Source: Dipteris shenzhenensis (taxonomy: Eukaryota). From it: a stretch of DNA of 64,000 bases. Shown piece after piece: positions 10,716 to 21,825 of the stretch (its first letter is position 1; the number at the start of each line of letters is the position of its first letter). Below the pieces are notes generated by a model, which was not told the DNA's origin, did not search any database, and was given only the letters and a program-made list of their open reading frames with translations. The stretch lies in the NCBI GenBank assembly GCA_047967505.1, contig CM106538.1. The stretch is one strand, 5' to 3'. A program made the translations under genes and the position numbers.

Positions 10716-13700
10716 ATGGCAGACAACGAGGCAATTATGAAGAAACTAGAAATACAAGATTCATTGATTTGAAGGCTAACCATGGAATTAAACAGATTGT
10801 CCAAAGGAAAAGACGTAGCGGATGATGGAGCTAGTAGTGGTGCTGCTGGCAGAAATTTAGAAGATGAAGAGGTCTATGTCGAGCTTGGTGCCGGGGTACC
10901 GAGCCGAAGGAGATAAAGAGGTGAGGAAGATGTTGCCGAAACTGCTCTTTTGCAAGTTTTTAAGAAAGCGAAACTCTCTGAATTTGATGGTGAGAAGAAG
11001 ACCGGGGAAGATTTGGAAGTGTGGCTTGAAGAACTTGAAGATTTCTTTGCCCTACGAGAGTTTGATGAAGCGGGAAAGGCTAAGATCGCGGCACTACAGT
11101 TACGTGGAGTTGCAAAACTATGGTGGAAGTCGCATGTGCAAATCCGACAACGTCAAGATCAACCCATCACATGGGCTGAATTCAGAACTGCAGCTGAAAA
11201 GAGGTATTGTTCTCCACATTATTATATGGAAAAGAAGATGGAGTTCTATAATTTTAAGCAAGTACAAGAGGGAAAACATAATCTATCTGTGGATGAGTAT
11301 AAAGAGAAGTTCCTGCGATTACATAAGTACGCACTGTGATGGGCTGAATTCAGAACTGCAGCTGAAAAGAGGTATTGTTCTCCACATTATTATATGGAAA
11401 AGAAGATGGAGTTCTATAATTTTAAGCAAGTACAAGAGGGAAAACATAATCTATCTGTGGATGAGTATAAAGAGAAGTTCCTGCGATTACATAAGTACGC
11501 ACCTGAGGTCACAGGTGAAGCTCTTACTCATAAATTTGTGGAAGGGCTTAAGGAAGATCTTTTATATATGATGAAAGGAACAGGATCAAGTGATTTCTTG
11601 GATGCTGTGGCTAAGGCCGAAAACTTTGAAAAGATGGAAGAATATAACCTAAGAAAGATAGCAAAATCAAGGTTCATTCCAACAGGTCATTGTCTTCAAG
11701 GGTCACAAGGTTCAGGTATGCCTCAACGAAAACCTGATTATTCAAATATGCCTAGATTTCAAGAGAGGAGTAGCCAACCTGGGTACAATCAAGTGGGAAG
11801 GCCAAATAACCGAAATCAGAATCAAAATCAAAATCAAAGAAATAAAGGAGTTTCAAATAAGAAAACCCAAGAAAACGCACCTTGGAAAAGTGATTCAGAG
11901 TTTATTGAACGGGCAAGAAGATTGGGATTATGTTTCCGATGTGGTGAGCAAGGTCACCGAACATTTGAGTGCCCGAATAAAGCAAAATTTAATTTTATGA
12001 AAGGACCAATGATGGGAGCAAAGACGAATTAGACGAATCCAACCATCGACGAAGCGGTGGACAAAGGTATGTGCTTGGAACCTTTGAAATGTATGGCATC
12101 TTCCACAACTCATATGCATGCGTCTGTGATTAAAGTGATGGGGAAAATTGGGAATCAAAACATAAGTTTTCTTATTGACTCTGATAGCACTCATTGTTTT
12201 ATATCCCCGAAATTCCTTAAGACTCTAAACGTAGAAATTAGGGATCAAGTCAGAAGACCAGTCCAACTTGCTAATTGAAAATTACATTATACTCAAGGGC
12301 TTCTAGAAAATCTTTCCTTCAGTTTAGCACAGAGGAAGAGTAAGGGAGATTTTTATGTTATTGAGATGGGGAAGTGTGACGCTATTATTGGAATGGATTG
12401 GTTAAATGTAAACAAAGCAGTTATTGATTGTGGAGAAAGGACCGTTAGTTTTCTTAATGAAGATGGCAAAGATAAAATTATTCAAGGAGAAGAAAGAGAT
12501 AGTAAAGCTTCTCTCATATCAGCCATGAAATTGCTGCGAGGAGTAAGACAGGGCTGTGACACATTTCTCGTCTTTGTTGATAAGTTAAAGGAGGGAAGTG
12601 AAGATGAGACAGTACCACACTATGTTACAAAACTCCTTGAAGAATTTTCCGATGTGTTTCTTGATGATTTACGTGGGATGCCACCGCCTAGACATCTTGA
12701 CCATGCTATAGAGTTAGAACCAGGCACAAGTCCTTATTGTCGGGCTCCCTATAGATTTAATGTGGATGAACTAAAGGAGTTAAAGCTTCAACTGGATGAC
12801 TTGTTAAAGAAAGGGTTTATAAAGGCTAGCGTTTCTCCTTGGGGTGCTCCAGTCTTATTTCAAAAGAAAAAGGATGGAACTTATAGGCTTTGCATTGACT
12901 ATAGAGGATTGAATCGGCATACTATAAATAATAAATACCCTCTACCTCACATTGATGAATTGTTGACTCAATTGAATGGTGCCACAGTGTTCTCTAAAAT
13001 TGATTTGCGATCTGGTTACCATCAGATTCGTATTGAGGAGGAGGAGGACATTCCTAAAACTGCTTTTAGAACTCGCTATGGCCATTATGAATTTACTGTG
13101 CTTGCTTTTGGCTTGACCAATGCACCCGCTACCTTCATGTGTCTAATGAATGATGTATTCCGTGAGTATTTAGATAACTTCATTCTGGTTTTCTTGGACG
13201 ACATTTTTGTACATTCCAAGAATGGGGAACAACATGAACAACATCTAAGGAAAACACTTGAAAAGTTACGGGAGCATAAACTTTATGGGAAAAAGAGCAA
13301 ATGTTTCTTCGCTAAAGACAAGCTTGTGTATTTGGGTCGTGTGATTTCAAAAGATGGTATTCATATTGATCCTGACAAAGCAAGGCTTATTTCGGAGTGG
13401 CCTAGACCGAAAAATGTAAGGGAGGTAAGAGGCTTTATTGGCTTAGCACAATATGAGAGAAAACATATCAAAGATTTCTCAAAAATAGCCTCTCCACTTA
13501 CTGATTTGACAAAACTTGACAAGCAGTTTATATGGACGGAGAAGTGTCAACAAGCTTTTGATACTATAAAAGACAAAGTGGCTGAAAATTATATTCTCAA
13601 GATACCCGAGATGGGTAAACCTTTTGTAATGACATGTGATGCTAGTGGTACCCGACTTGGATGTGTACTTTCTCAAGATGGTCGTGTAGTGGAATATGAG

Positions 13701-15507
13701 TCTCGAAAATTAAGGAAGCATGAAGAGAACTATCCCACGCATGATCTCAAATTGGCTGCCGTTGTTCATGCATTGAAACATTGGAGACACTTTCTACTTG
13801 GTGTAAAGTTCGAACTTCGAACAGATCATGAAAGTTTGAAGTACCTCTTCACTCAACCATTATTGAATAATAGGCAAAGAGGATGGATGAATCTTCTTTC
13901 CGAGTATGACTTTGAGATTAAGTACATTGAGGGAAAGGAGAATAGGGTGGTTGATGCTTTAAGTAGAAGACCTTTCGTGAATGCCATCACCCTTATTCGT
14001 TCCGATCTTGCAGAAAACATTAGAAATGAACTTGAACATGATGTTTTTTATGCACCTATTCTTCAAAAGATTGCTCAAACACCTTGTGAAAAGATTGAAG
14101 GAAAATTTCATTTGGTGAATGGTAATTTATATTGCCATGATAGACTTTGTGTACCATGTGATTCACCTTTGAGATGGAAAATCTTGTATGATTGTCATGA
14201 TGCTCCATTTTCGGGACATGTTGGATATAACAAAACATACAGCAAGGTTCGAAAATCATTTTATTGGCTTGCACTAAAGCGTGATGTTCGTCGTTATGTC
14301 CAAGAATGCTTACAATGTCAACAAGTGAAGGTGGAATAACATAAGATGCCTGGTAAGATGCAACCTTTGGATATACCTTTCAGGAAGTGGGAATCAATAT
14401 CCATGGGTTTTATTACTAAACTACCTATAGCTCGAGGGGGATATGATACCATTTTTATCGTCGTTGATCGTTTTACCAAAATGGCACATTTCTTTCCTAT
14501 GAAAAAGACTGATGGTGCTCTTGAGGTAGCTAAGTTGTTTGTGAAAGAAATTTTCCGATTGCATGGGATGCCTAAAAGTATTGTGTCAGATAGGGATTCC
14601 AAATTTACTTCTCATTTTTGGAAGGCCACATTCAAAGCAATTGGGACGGAGCTTAAGATGAGTACAGCTTTCCACTCACAAACAGATGGAGAAACTGAAA
14701 GGGTTAATCACGTACTTGAGGATATGCTTCGAATGTATGTTAATGAGAAGGAAACAAATTGGACAGAATTCCTATCCTTAGCCGAGTTTGCTTATAATAG
14801 TTCCTGGCATAGCTCCATTCAAATGTCTCCATTTGAAGCCATGTATGGTCAGAATTGCCACACTCAATAGTTCCTGGCATAGCTCCATTCAAATGTCTCC
14901 ATTTGAAACCATGTATGGTCAGAATTGCCACACTCCTGTGAATTTTTCGGATCCTCAAAATAGAGTCGAAGTGTCTAGACAAATGCTTGAGAGAATGGAT
15001 GAGGAAGTGAAACTGATTCGGAAGAGCATTCAAAGAGCACAAGACAGGCAAAAGCAATACTATGATAAGAAGCGGTCTTTCCGTGAATTTCAGATTGGGG
15101 AGATGATATTTCTGAAAGTAATACCTAAACGCAGTAATCTAATCCTTCGGAAGGATAGAAGGCTCGCACCTGGTTTCGCAGGATCTTTTAAAATCTTAAA
15201 GAGGGTGGGAACGCTTGCATATCAACTTGAACTGCCTGAGAACATAAAAGTGCATCCTGTTTTCCATGTCTGTCTATTGAAATCTTATGTTGCCAACCCA
15301 ACTCATATTTTGCAGGACAAGTCTAGGATCATGGAGGATGGGACTTTGAAAGTCGAACCTGAATATATATTGGATAGGAACACGAAGCGGCTTAGGAATA
15401 GAACAATAGAAGAAGTTTTGGTTAAGTGGGATGCTTATCCTGTAGAAGATGCTTCATGGGTAGACTTAGATGCCTTACTTACTGAGTTTCCTTCATTTAA
15501 ACTCTGA
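10716..15507 (+). pseudogene. gag-pol polyprotein with chromodomain integrase, disrupted
   Basis: One frame from ATG 10716: gag zinc knuckle CFRCGEQGHRTFEC, protease LIDSDSTHCFI, RT VFLDDI, RNase H CDASG, integrase SDRDSKF, chromodomain VLVKWDAYPVEDASW. Interrupted by in-frame stops and two tandem duplications. Confidence 0.95.
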
Positions 15508-15534
15508 GGACAGAGTTCCTGAAGAGGGAACGGA

Positions 15535-16464
15535 TGTGACGCTCCAATTTTGTATATGAAATATTTTGAAATATATATCATAGATAGTGTTCAAAAAGGA
15601 TGGTTTTGATGTTTTGAAGGTTTTGAGAAAGTTTGGTGTTGGTCGAAAAATTTTGGTTTTTGTCCACTATGGTGTCGGCTGGATTTTGCGGCTTGATTTT
15701 GAGTTGGTTAGAGAAATAATTTGAAGAAACTTTGTATGAGAGAGTTCTAGATCTTGTTGGGTAGAAAAACTTTGTCCTAGTGAAAAATTTGTGGTTCACT
15801 CGTTTGCATGCTTGTATGGAGGGCAGAAGTTGCTAACAAAGTGGTTTTGAGCTAAAAGAGCATCTAGATTTCCGTGTCAGGAGTTGCAGGCATTAGACGG
15901 AGGTCGAGATGGAAGAATTAGCCATGAAAGGTTAGATGCAAAGGGAAAGAAGAGGGCCCGATCTTCGAGATGAGCTATTGAGCTTGTCCATTGGATCTAC
16001 GAGGCAGGCGTGGTGATGCTCCGAACAGGGCTGTTTTCATGCCTTTAAAAAAAAAAAAAAAGAGACGTTGAAATTCCGTACGCGTTTGCTATTATAAGCG
16101 CACGCTAAAAGCAGGTGAAAAGCACACGCACGTTTTTCGAGAAAAGCTGATTTTGGAGGTTTTTGGCGGCTTATTTTGGAGGCGTGAAAGGCTATAAAAG
16201 AAGAGGAGATCGTGAGAAGTAGAACACACAATCCAACGCACGCATATCGAGGCTGTACGAAAGAGAAGAGAAGGCACGCATCTTGAGGTTGCTCGAGCGA
16301 AAACAAGGCACGCATATCGAGGTGCTGCGAAAGTGACAATAGCGCATGCAAATCGAGGCAGCGCAAAGAAGAAGATACGATCAAGATATTTTGAGAGTGA
16401 GAGTGAGAGTGAGAGTGTGATTGAGATTTGATCGTTTGATCATCTGATTTGAACATCTTCATGC

Positions 16465-16496
<32 letters not shown>

Positions 16497-16666
16497 TAGC
16501 TCGGGGGTGGACGGGTGGTATCGAGCTCCTTCACGGAGTGATTCTTCTCCGAAATTATTGTAAAGACTCATCAGTTTGATTCATACTGCAATCTCTCTTC
16601 TTTGTCATTCGTGATTATTATCTTGCTACAATTTTGATCGTGATTGTGAAAGAACGGTGCCTGACA
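15535..16666 (+). repeat. 3' LTR of the gypsy element, preceded by PPT GAAGAGGGAACGGA (15521-15534)
   Basis: Direct repeat of 9559-10692. Confidence 0.97.
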
Positions 16667-16693
16667 CTCTCTCTCTCTCTCACAGACATGCAC

Positions 16694-18620
16694 TTTTTTT
16701 AGTGAAACCATATATTTCTGTGTGGGAAACCCCAGAAGAGGTAAAAACCCACCATATAGTACAAAAGTAAAAAGTTTTACAAGTAGGCCCCTTGAAAAAG
16801 CCAGGTAGCTAACCGGAAACTAGAAAAGTGAAAATAATCACAAATCACCAGGGGAGGCATCTAGTAGGATATCCACCACTGTGAGATTATTTGCTTGCAA
16901 AAACTGTTGTAGAGGAACCAGGCAGCTAACTGGAAACTAGAAAAGTGGAAATAATCACAAATCACCAGGGGATGCATCTAGTAGGATATCTACCACTGTG
17001 AGATTATTTGCTTGCAAAAACTGTTGTAAAGGAACCACATCTCCATCAATAAAATGAAGGTATTTTTTACCTTTGTGATTCTTCTTGAGATCTCGAAATT
17101 TTTGAATCACAGGGTTAAAAACCTGCCGCAACCAGGGATGGAAAGAGTCCAAAGAAAAAGTAGAGGCAGGCACCAGATCCGTCATGGATGAGGAAAAGTA
17201 GTATCCAGTCCAAGAGAAGTATCCATATTAACAACCACAGTCTGAGTAGCTTGCTCTTGCAAATCCACAGTTGGTTCCACAAGGGCATCATGAGCTCGAT
17301 CTGAAGAAGAAAGATCCACATGTTTATGTTGCTCTGGCAAATCTGTATTCTCATCACCTGCATTATGTCCATCTGAAGGAGATATATCGACATGTAACTC
17401 AAAAGATTGTAATTCAGAGACCGGAGAAGGTGGGCGAGACTCCACTCCTTCAAAATGAGACTGCTGAATTGAAACTATCTCTGGAGGGTCAGCAACATGA
17501 AAGGGAGGATATACTGATAGAGAAGCTTTCTCTTGAGGATGGACCCGTTGCCATTCCTTTTTGTGTTTATGCTGGTCTAACTTAACTAAATGGAGAGGAG
17601 GAGAAACTTGAGGGAAAGGCAAACTGTTGTGAGATTGAGGTAAGAGCAAGGGGCAGCACCGAGCTGCCTACATTTATAACACGCATTTGGGAAAGAAGCA
17701 AACTTCAGAGGAATGCGGAAAGGATGCACCATACCAAAATCAATATCCAAGCAGGAAGGTATAGGTTGCTCCATATCCAAAGTATGCAAACACGGATATC
17801 TCTCTTCAGAACTAGGAAATCTTGCTTCGGGAGATGCAGAATCTTCCCCAACAACGCTGCGATAGAGGAAATATGTGGGAGAAGAGGTATCGGCAATGCT
17901 TTGAAAGTAACCCAGACTGGGCAGTAATGCATGAGGTTCTTTGCCGGGTCAAAAAGAGAGTCCCATGGCATAACATAAGCAAAAAAGCCTGCACCATGGA
18001 CCCTTGCCTGATTTACCAAACTATACACTGTCTCCACATCAACACAGCGAGCAAAGTAGAAACCTTTGCCCAAAAAAACAAAAGAAATAATTCGATTAGG
18101 ACCAACTGCTGCAGAAGACCACGCACGCAACTGAGAAGGAAAGAGGATACGTCCCATGAAGTAGATGCAAATTCCGAATTGCTGCACTTCAGAGAGACTC
18201 TCAATAAGCGAATCTGGAGATTGAGCCCGATTTAGTAACAGACCTGAATTGACCATCTCTGAAACTGAGTCTTCACACAGCCGTCGAAGCAGGTCCCGTT
18301 GCAAGGAAGTAGAAGAACTGTGGCTGTTATGAAGCTTAGGCTGAGAAGATACAGAGAAAGAAACGTGTTTCTTTCTTGCGACAGAAGCAGGATTTGACCG
18401 AAAAAGAAACGGAGCGGCGACGGCTGGCGATGGGTTTACGGGACCAAATGGAGCTTGCGAAGTAGAAGCAGAAAGCTGCCAAGGAACATCTGAAGGTTGC
18501 GAAGTAGAAGTAGAAAGCTGCAAAGGAACGGAGGTGGGCTGGCGTGAGGCAAAGGAAGACGAAAAGGACATAGGCAACGAACGGGAGGAAACATCGAGTT
18601 CCATCTTTCCCTTTCTACCT
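16694..18620 (-). mobile_element. ORF1-only LINE-like element, copy C
   Basis: T-run 16694-16700. ORF 17705-18628 has a DUF4283-like region (FLGKGFYFARC, YVMPWD, CPVWVTFKALP), followed by CYKC and the shared C-terminal domain (16955-17185). ATG at 18604. Confidence 0.82.
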
Positions 18621-18875
18621 GCACACACACTTTTTTTTTTGTGAGAAGAAATATTTTATTGCTGTAAAAGAATTACATTCATAGTTATTGCAAAAGCGAA
18701 GTAACTACTACTCCACTGAAAATCTCAGTATAAGCTATATATACATCATGATCAATCAAATGAGTCTGAAAGCAATCATAAAATGATTGCCGCAGAGATT
18801 GTCTGAAAAAAACAAAAGATGGAGAAGTAGGATCACCAAAGACTCTATGATTTTGTCCATCCATAGAGTCCACAG

Positions 18876-21825
18876 TGTTGGTAAACTGAAAGGAAAGCAT
18901 GGAGTGAACACAAACTAAGAATTCTTGCTTATGGAATGAAGAAAGGTGAGGTCCTTAAGTAGGCACCTCTTACATGATCACTGACATCATTGATGACCTC
19001 TGAGCTCCACAATCATCTCCTCAATCTGCTCCTAGATTCTCTCAATCATCCTATGTGGCTTCTACCACCACCTAATAGTGCTGATGGGCACCTAATTGTG
19101 CCTCTAGCACACACACATAGAAACCAAGGTGTGCCTGGGGCATACACCTTGAGATATCCCAACATACCTCCCCTCAAGGGAATGCCTCAGGCTATGTCAA
19201 GGATACAGTTAGCACAAGGTGTCACATGCCATCTCATGGTGGTCATGGATCTATCAATGGCTAGGATCTCAAGCTAGCAAGGGTTCCCATGGGTGTAAGG
19301 TAAACAAAAGGGATACAAAAGACCTTCCAATGGTTATCTCCCCTTCGTGTACATGCACACAATGTCTGCAGGAGGTACAATGGAGCAAAAACACTTACAC
19401 ATGGCCTACATCATATGGTGACCAGAGGTGTTTACAAAACACACAATAGTTTATTTCATTCATTTTGGGAGGACTATCCAGGCTGAGTACCTTGACTCAA
19501 CAAAAAAGAGAGATCTGGAGCATACATGGAGATGATTCAAAAAGCATAATCTTCATAGGATGCCTCATCTTGTGGAGGCACATCAACTGAAAGTAGATTG
19601 GCATTTTCTGACTTTGAAGTTGCTTCCTTTTTGGCTGTACAAAACTTTTCATGATGATTGTTCTTGCCAACAGTGTTTGCATGGATTGATCTTGAAGCAG
19701 TCTTTTGAGAGGTGATTAGTCTTCCCACAATGATTGCAAGGTGAAAACTTGCCCTTTTGGATTTTTATGGCATAGGCTGTGTCATTTCCTTTCCGGAGTT
19801 CCATGTGCCTTTCTTCTTCTTGAAGAGCAGAGATAAGACCTTCAAGATTAGGATTAGGAAGATTTTTCAAAGTGGTAACAACATGATCATAATCTTCAGG
19901 CATACTCTTGAGCAACACTGCCATAGCATCATCTGTAGTGTTAGGAGAGTTGATAGAAGCAAGTTGAGGCATGAGACTCCACATGTAATTGACATGGGCA
20001 GCCAAAGGAGTGCCACTAACCATCTTCAATTCAAAGAAAGCAATCTTAAGTGACAATTTTGAGATGTGAGAGCTAGCACCAAAAATAATATCAAGCTTCT
20101 GCCAAGCTTTTGAAGAAGACTCTAAGTCAGAGATGTGATGAATATAGTCATCTCCTAAGGCAAGAGCAATGATGCCATAGGCTTTCTCCTCTCTAGCAGG
20201 ATCTCTTGCCAGGTGTGTCGGAGTTGAGGATTCTCCAGCATTGGAGGCTGTTGAAGAAGAAGTTGAAGCCGGTTTCACAAGCCCCCAGAGGTTTTCCCTC
20301 ATTAATGCAAACTTGACCTTCATGTGCCATGTGTGGAAACCCTTACCATTGAACTTATCGATATTCAAGATGGTAGCCATGAGGGTCTAACCCAGAATGG
20401 GCAGTGTCTACCTCTTACAAGGCAAGAAAGAGTTGAAGAGCTTCAAAAAACAAGCATTTAGAGTAGCAAAGGCTTGCAACCAAAATCCATACTACAAACC
20501 AATGATGTTTTCACTTGCATGCTTCATAGAGGTGACTAAATGAAAGTATTCCAAGCAAATCCAGGTATAGCAACTTAAAAGAAAGTTGTAGCCACAGTTG
20601 TACTGATGCTTTTCAAAATTTTAAAACCTTAGAAATGCTAAAGTAGCATCTAATGTAGCATCACACTCACAACCTTGCCAAAACTGTCCAAAACAAAGGC
20701 CTGAACTTGGAGGGCTTGTATCTCACTCTTCAAAGCAAAGAAAAGAGGGCTTTCTGAAGCAAAAGAAAGCTCATATACCAGAGAAGATTCAGCACAGAGG
20801 TTGGGCGAAATGGCGTGCTGTTTTGCCCGGGGGAGTTGCTGCAGGCTGAACCTGAGTTTTGACGATTTCTCATTTGTTATTGAACCAAATGAGCTGAAAA
20901 ATGACTCAAAATGTTCGTCTTGAGGTCGCCCATCTACTCCTAAGAGGGCTCAAGCAATGGTGCAGCAGGCAGGGAGTATTTTGCAATAGAAGAATGAGGA
21001 AAAAATGCGCTGTTTGGAGAATGGCAGCCAGCAGAGACGTTTTTTTTTCAATTTCTTGCAGGTGGAGGTTCGCCCAAACGAGGGGTATCTCCAGCAGGAA
21101 GGGCTTGGAGAATGGCGGAGAATTGAGGGAGAACAAGCTTTAGCAAGATTTGGGAAGAAAGAGAAGAAATGGTGAAGATGAAGAAGAAGAAGATGGAGAA
21201 GAAGATGATGTGGCACAAGTGGGCTCAAGGAGGATCAAAGTGCTCTGATACCATGTTGGTAAACTGAAAGGAAAGCATGGAGTGAACACAAACTGAGAAT
21301 TCTTGCTTATGGAATGAAGAAAGGTGAGGTCCTTAAGTAGGCACCTCTTACATGATCACTGACATCACTGATGACCTCTGAGCTCCACAATCATCTCCTC
21401 AATCTGCTCCTAGATTCTCTCAATCATCCTATGTGGCTTCTACCACCACCTAACAGTGCTTATGGGCACCTAACTGTGCCTCTAGCACACACACATAGAA
21501 ACCAAGGTGTGCCTGGGGCATACACCTTGAGATATCCCAACATATATCTCAAGGTGTATGCCCCAGGCACACCTTGGTTTCTATGTGTGTGTGCTAGAGG
21601 CACAGTTAGGTGCCCATAAGCACTGTTAGGTGGTGGTAGAAGCCACATAGGATGATTGAGAGAATCTAGGAGCAGATTGAGGAGATGATTGTGGAGCTCA
21701 GAGGTCATCAGTGATGTCAGTGATCATGTAAGAGGTGCCTACTTAAGGACCTCACCTTTCTTCATTCCATAAGCAAGAATTCTCAGTTTGTGTTCACTCC
21801 ATGCTTTCCTTTCAGTTTACCAACA
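18876..21825 (-). mobile_element. Non-autonomous gag-only Ty1/copia element carrying an extra inverted LTR
   Basis: 3' LTR 18876-19164, 5' LTR 21254-21542, PBS (GCTCTGATACCA 21242-21253), PPT adjacent to 19165, inverted LTR 21544-21825; TSD CACAG at 18871-18875 and 21826-21830. Confidence 0.93.
19537..20380 (-). pseudogene. Copia gag with two zinc knuckles (frameshift in the second)
   Basis: IDKFNGKGFHTWHMKV, AYGIIALAL, LLKSMPEDYDHVVTTL, CNHCGKTNHLSKDC; no pol downstream. Confidence 0.88.

Larger units (their letters stand above)
9559..16666 (+). mobile_element. Full-length Ty3/gypsy chromovirus LTR retrotransposon (inactivated)
   Basis: LTRs 9559-10692 and 15535-16666 (TG...CA); TSD CTCTC at 9554-9558 and 16667-16671; PBS and PPT present; domain order gag-PR-RT-RH-INT-chromodomain. 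Confidence 0.97.

Noticed and set aside
21371-21708. Two near-identical 82-aa ORFs on opposite strands
   Set aside because: A by-product of the LTR palindrome; no coding evidence.
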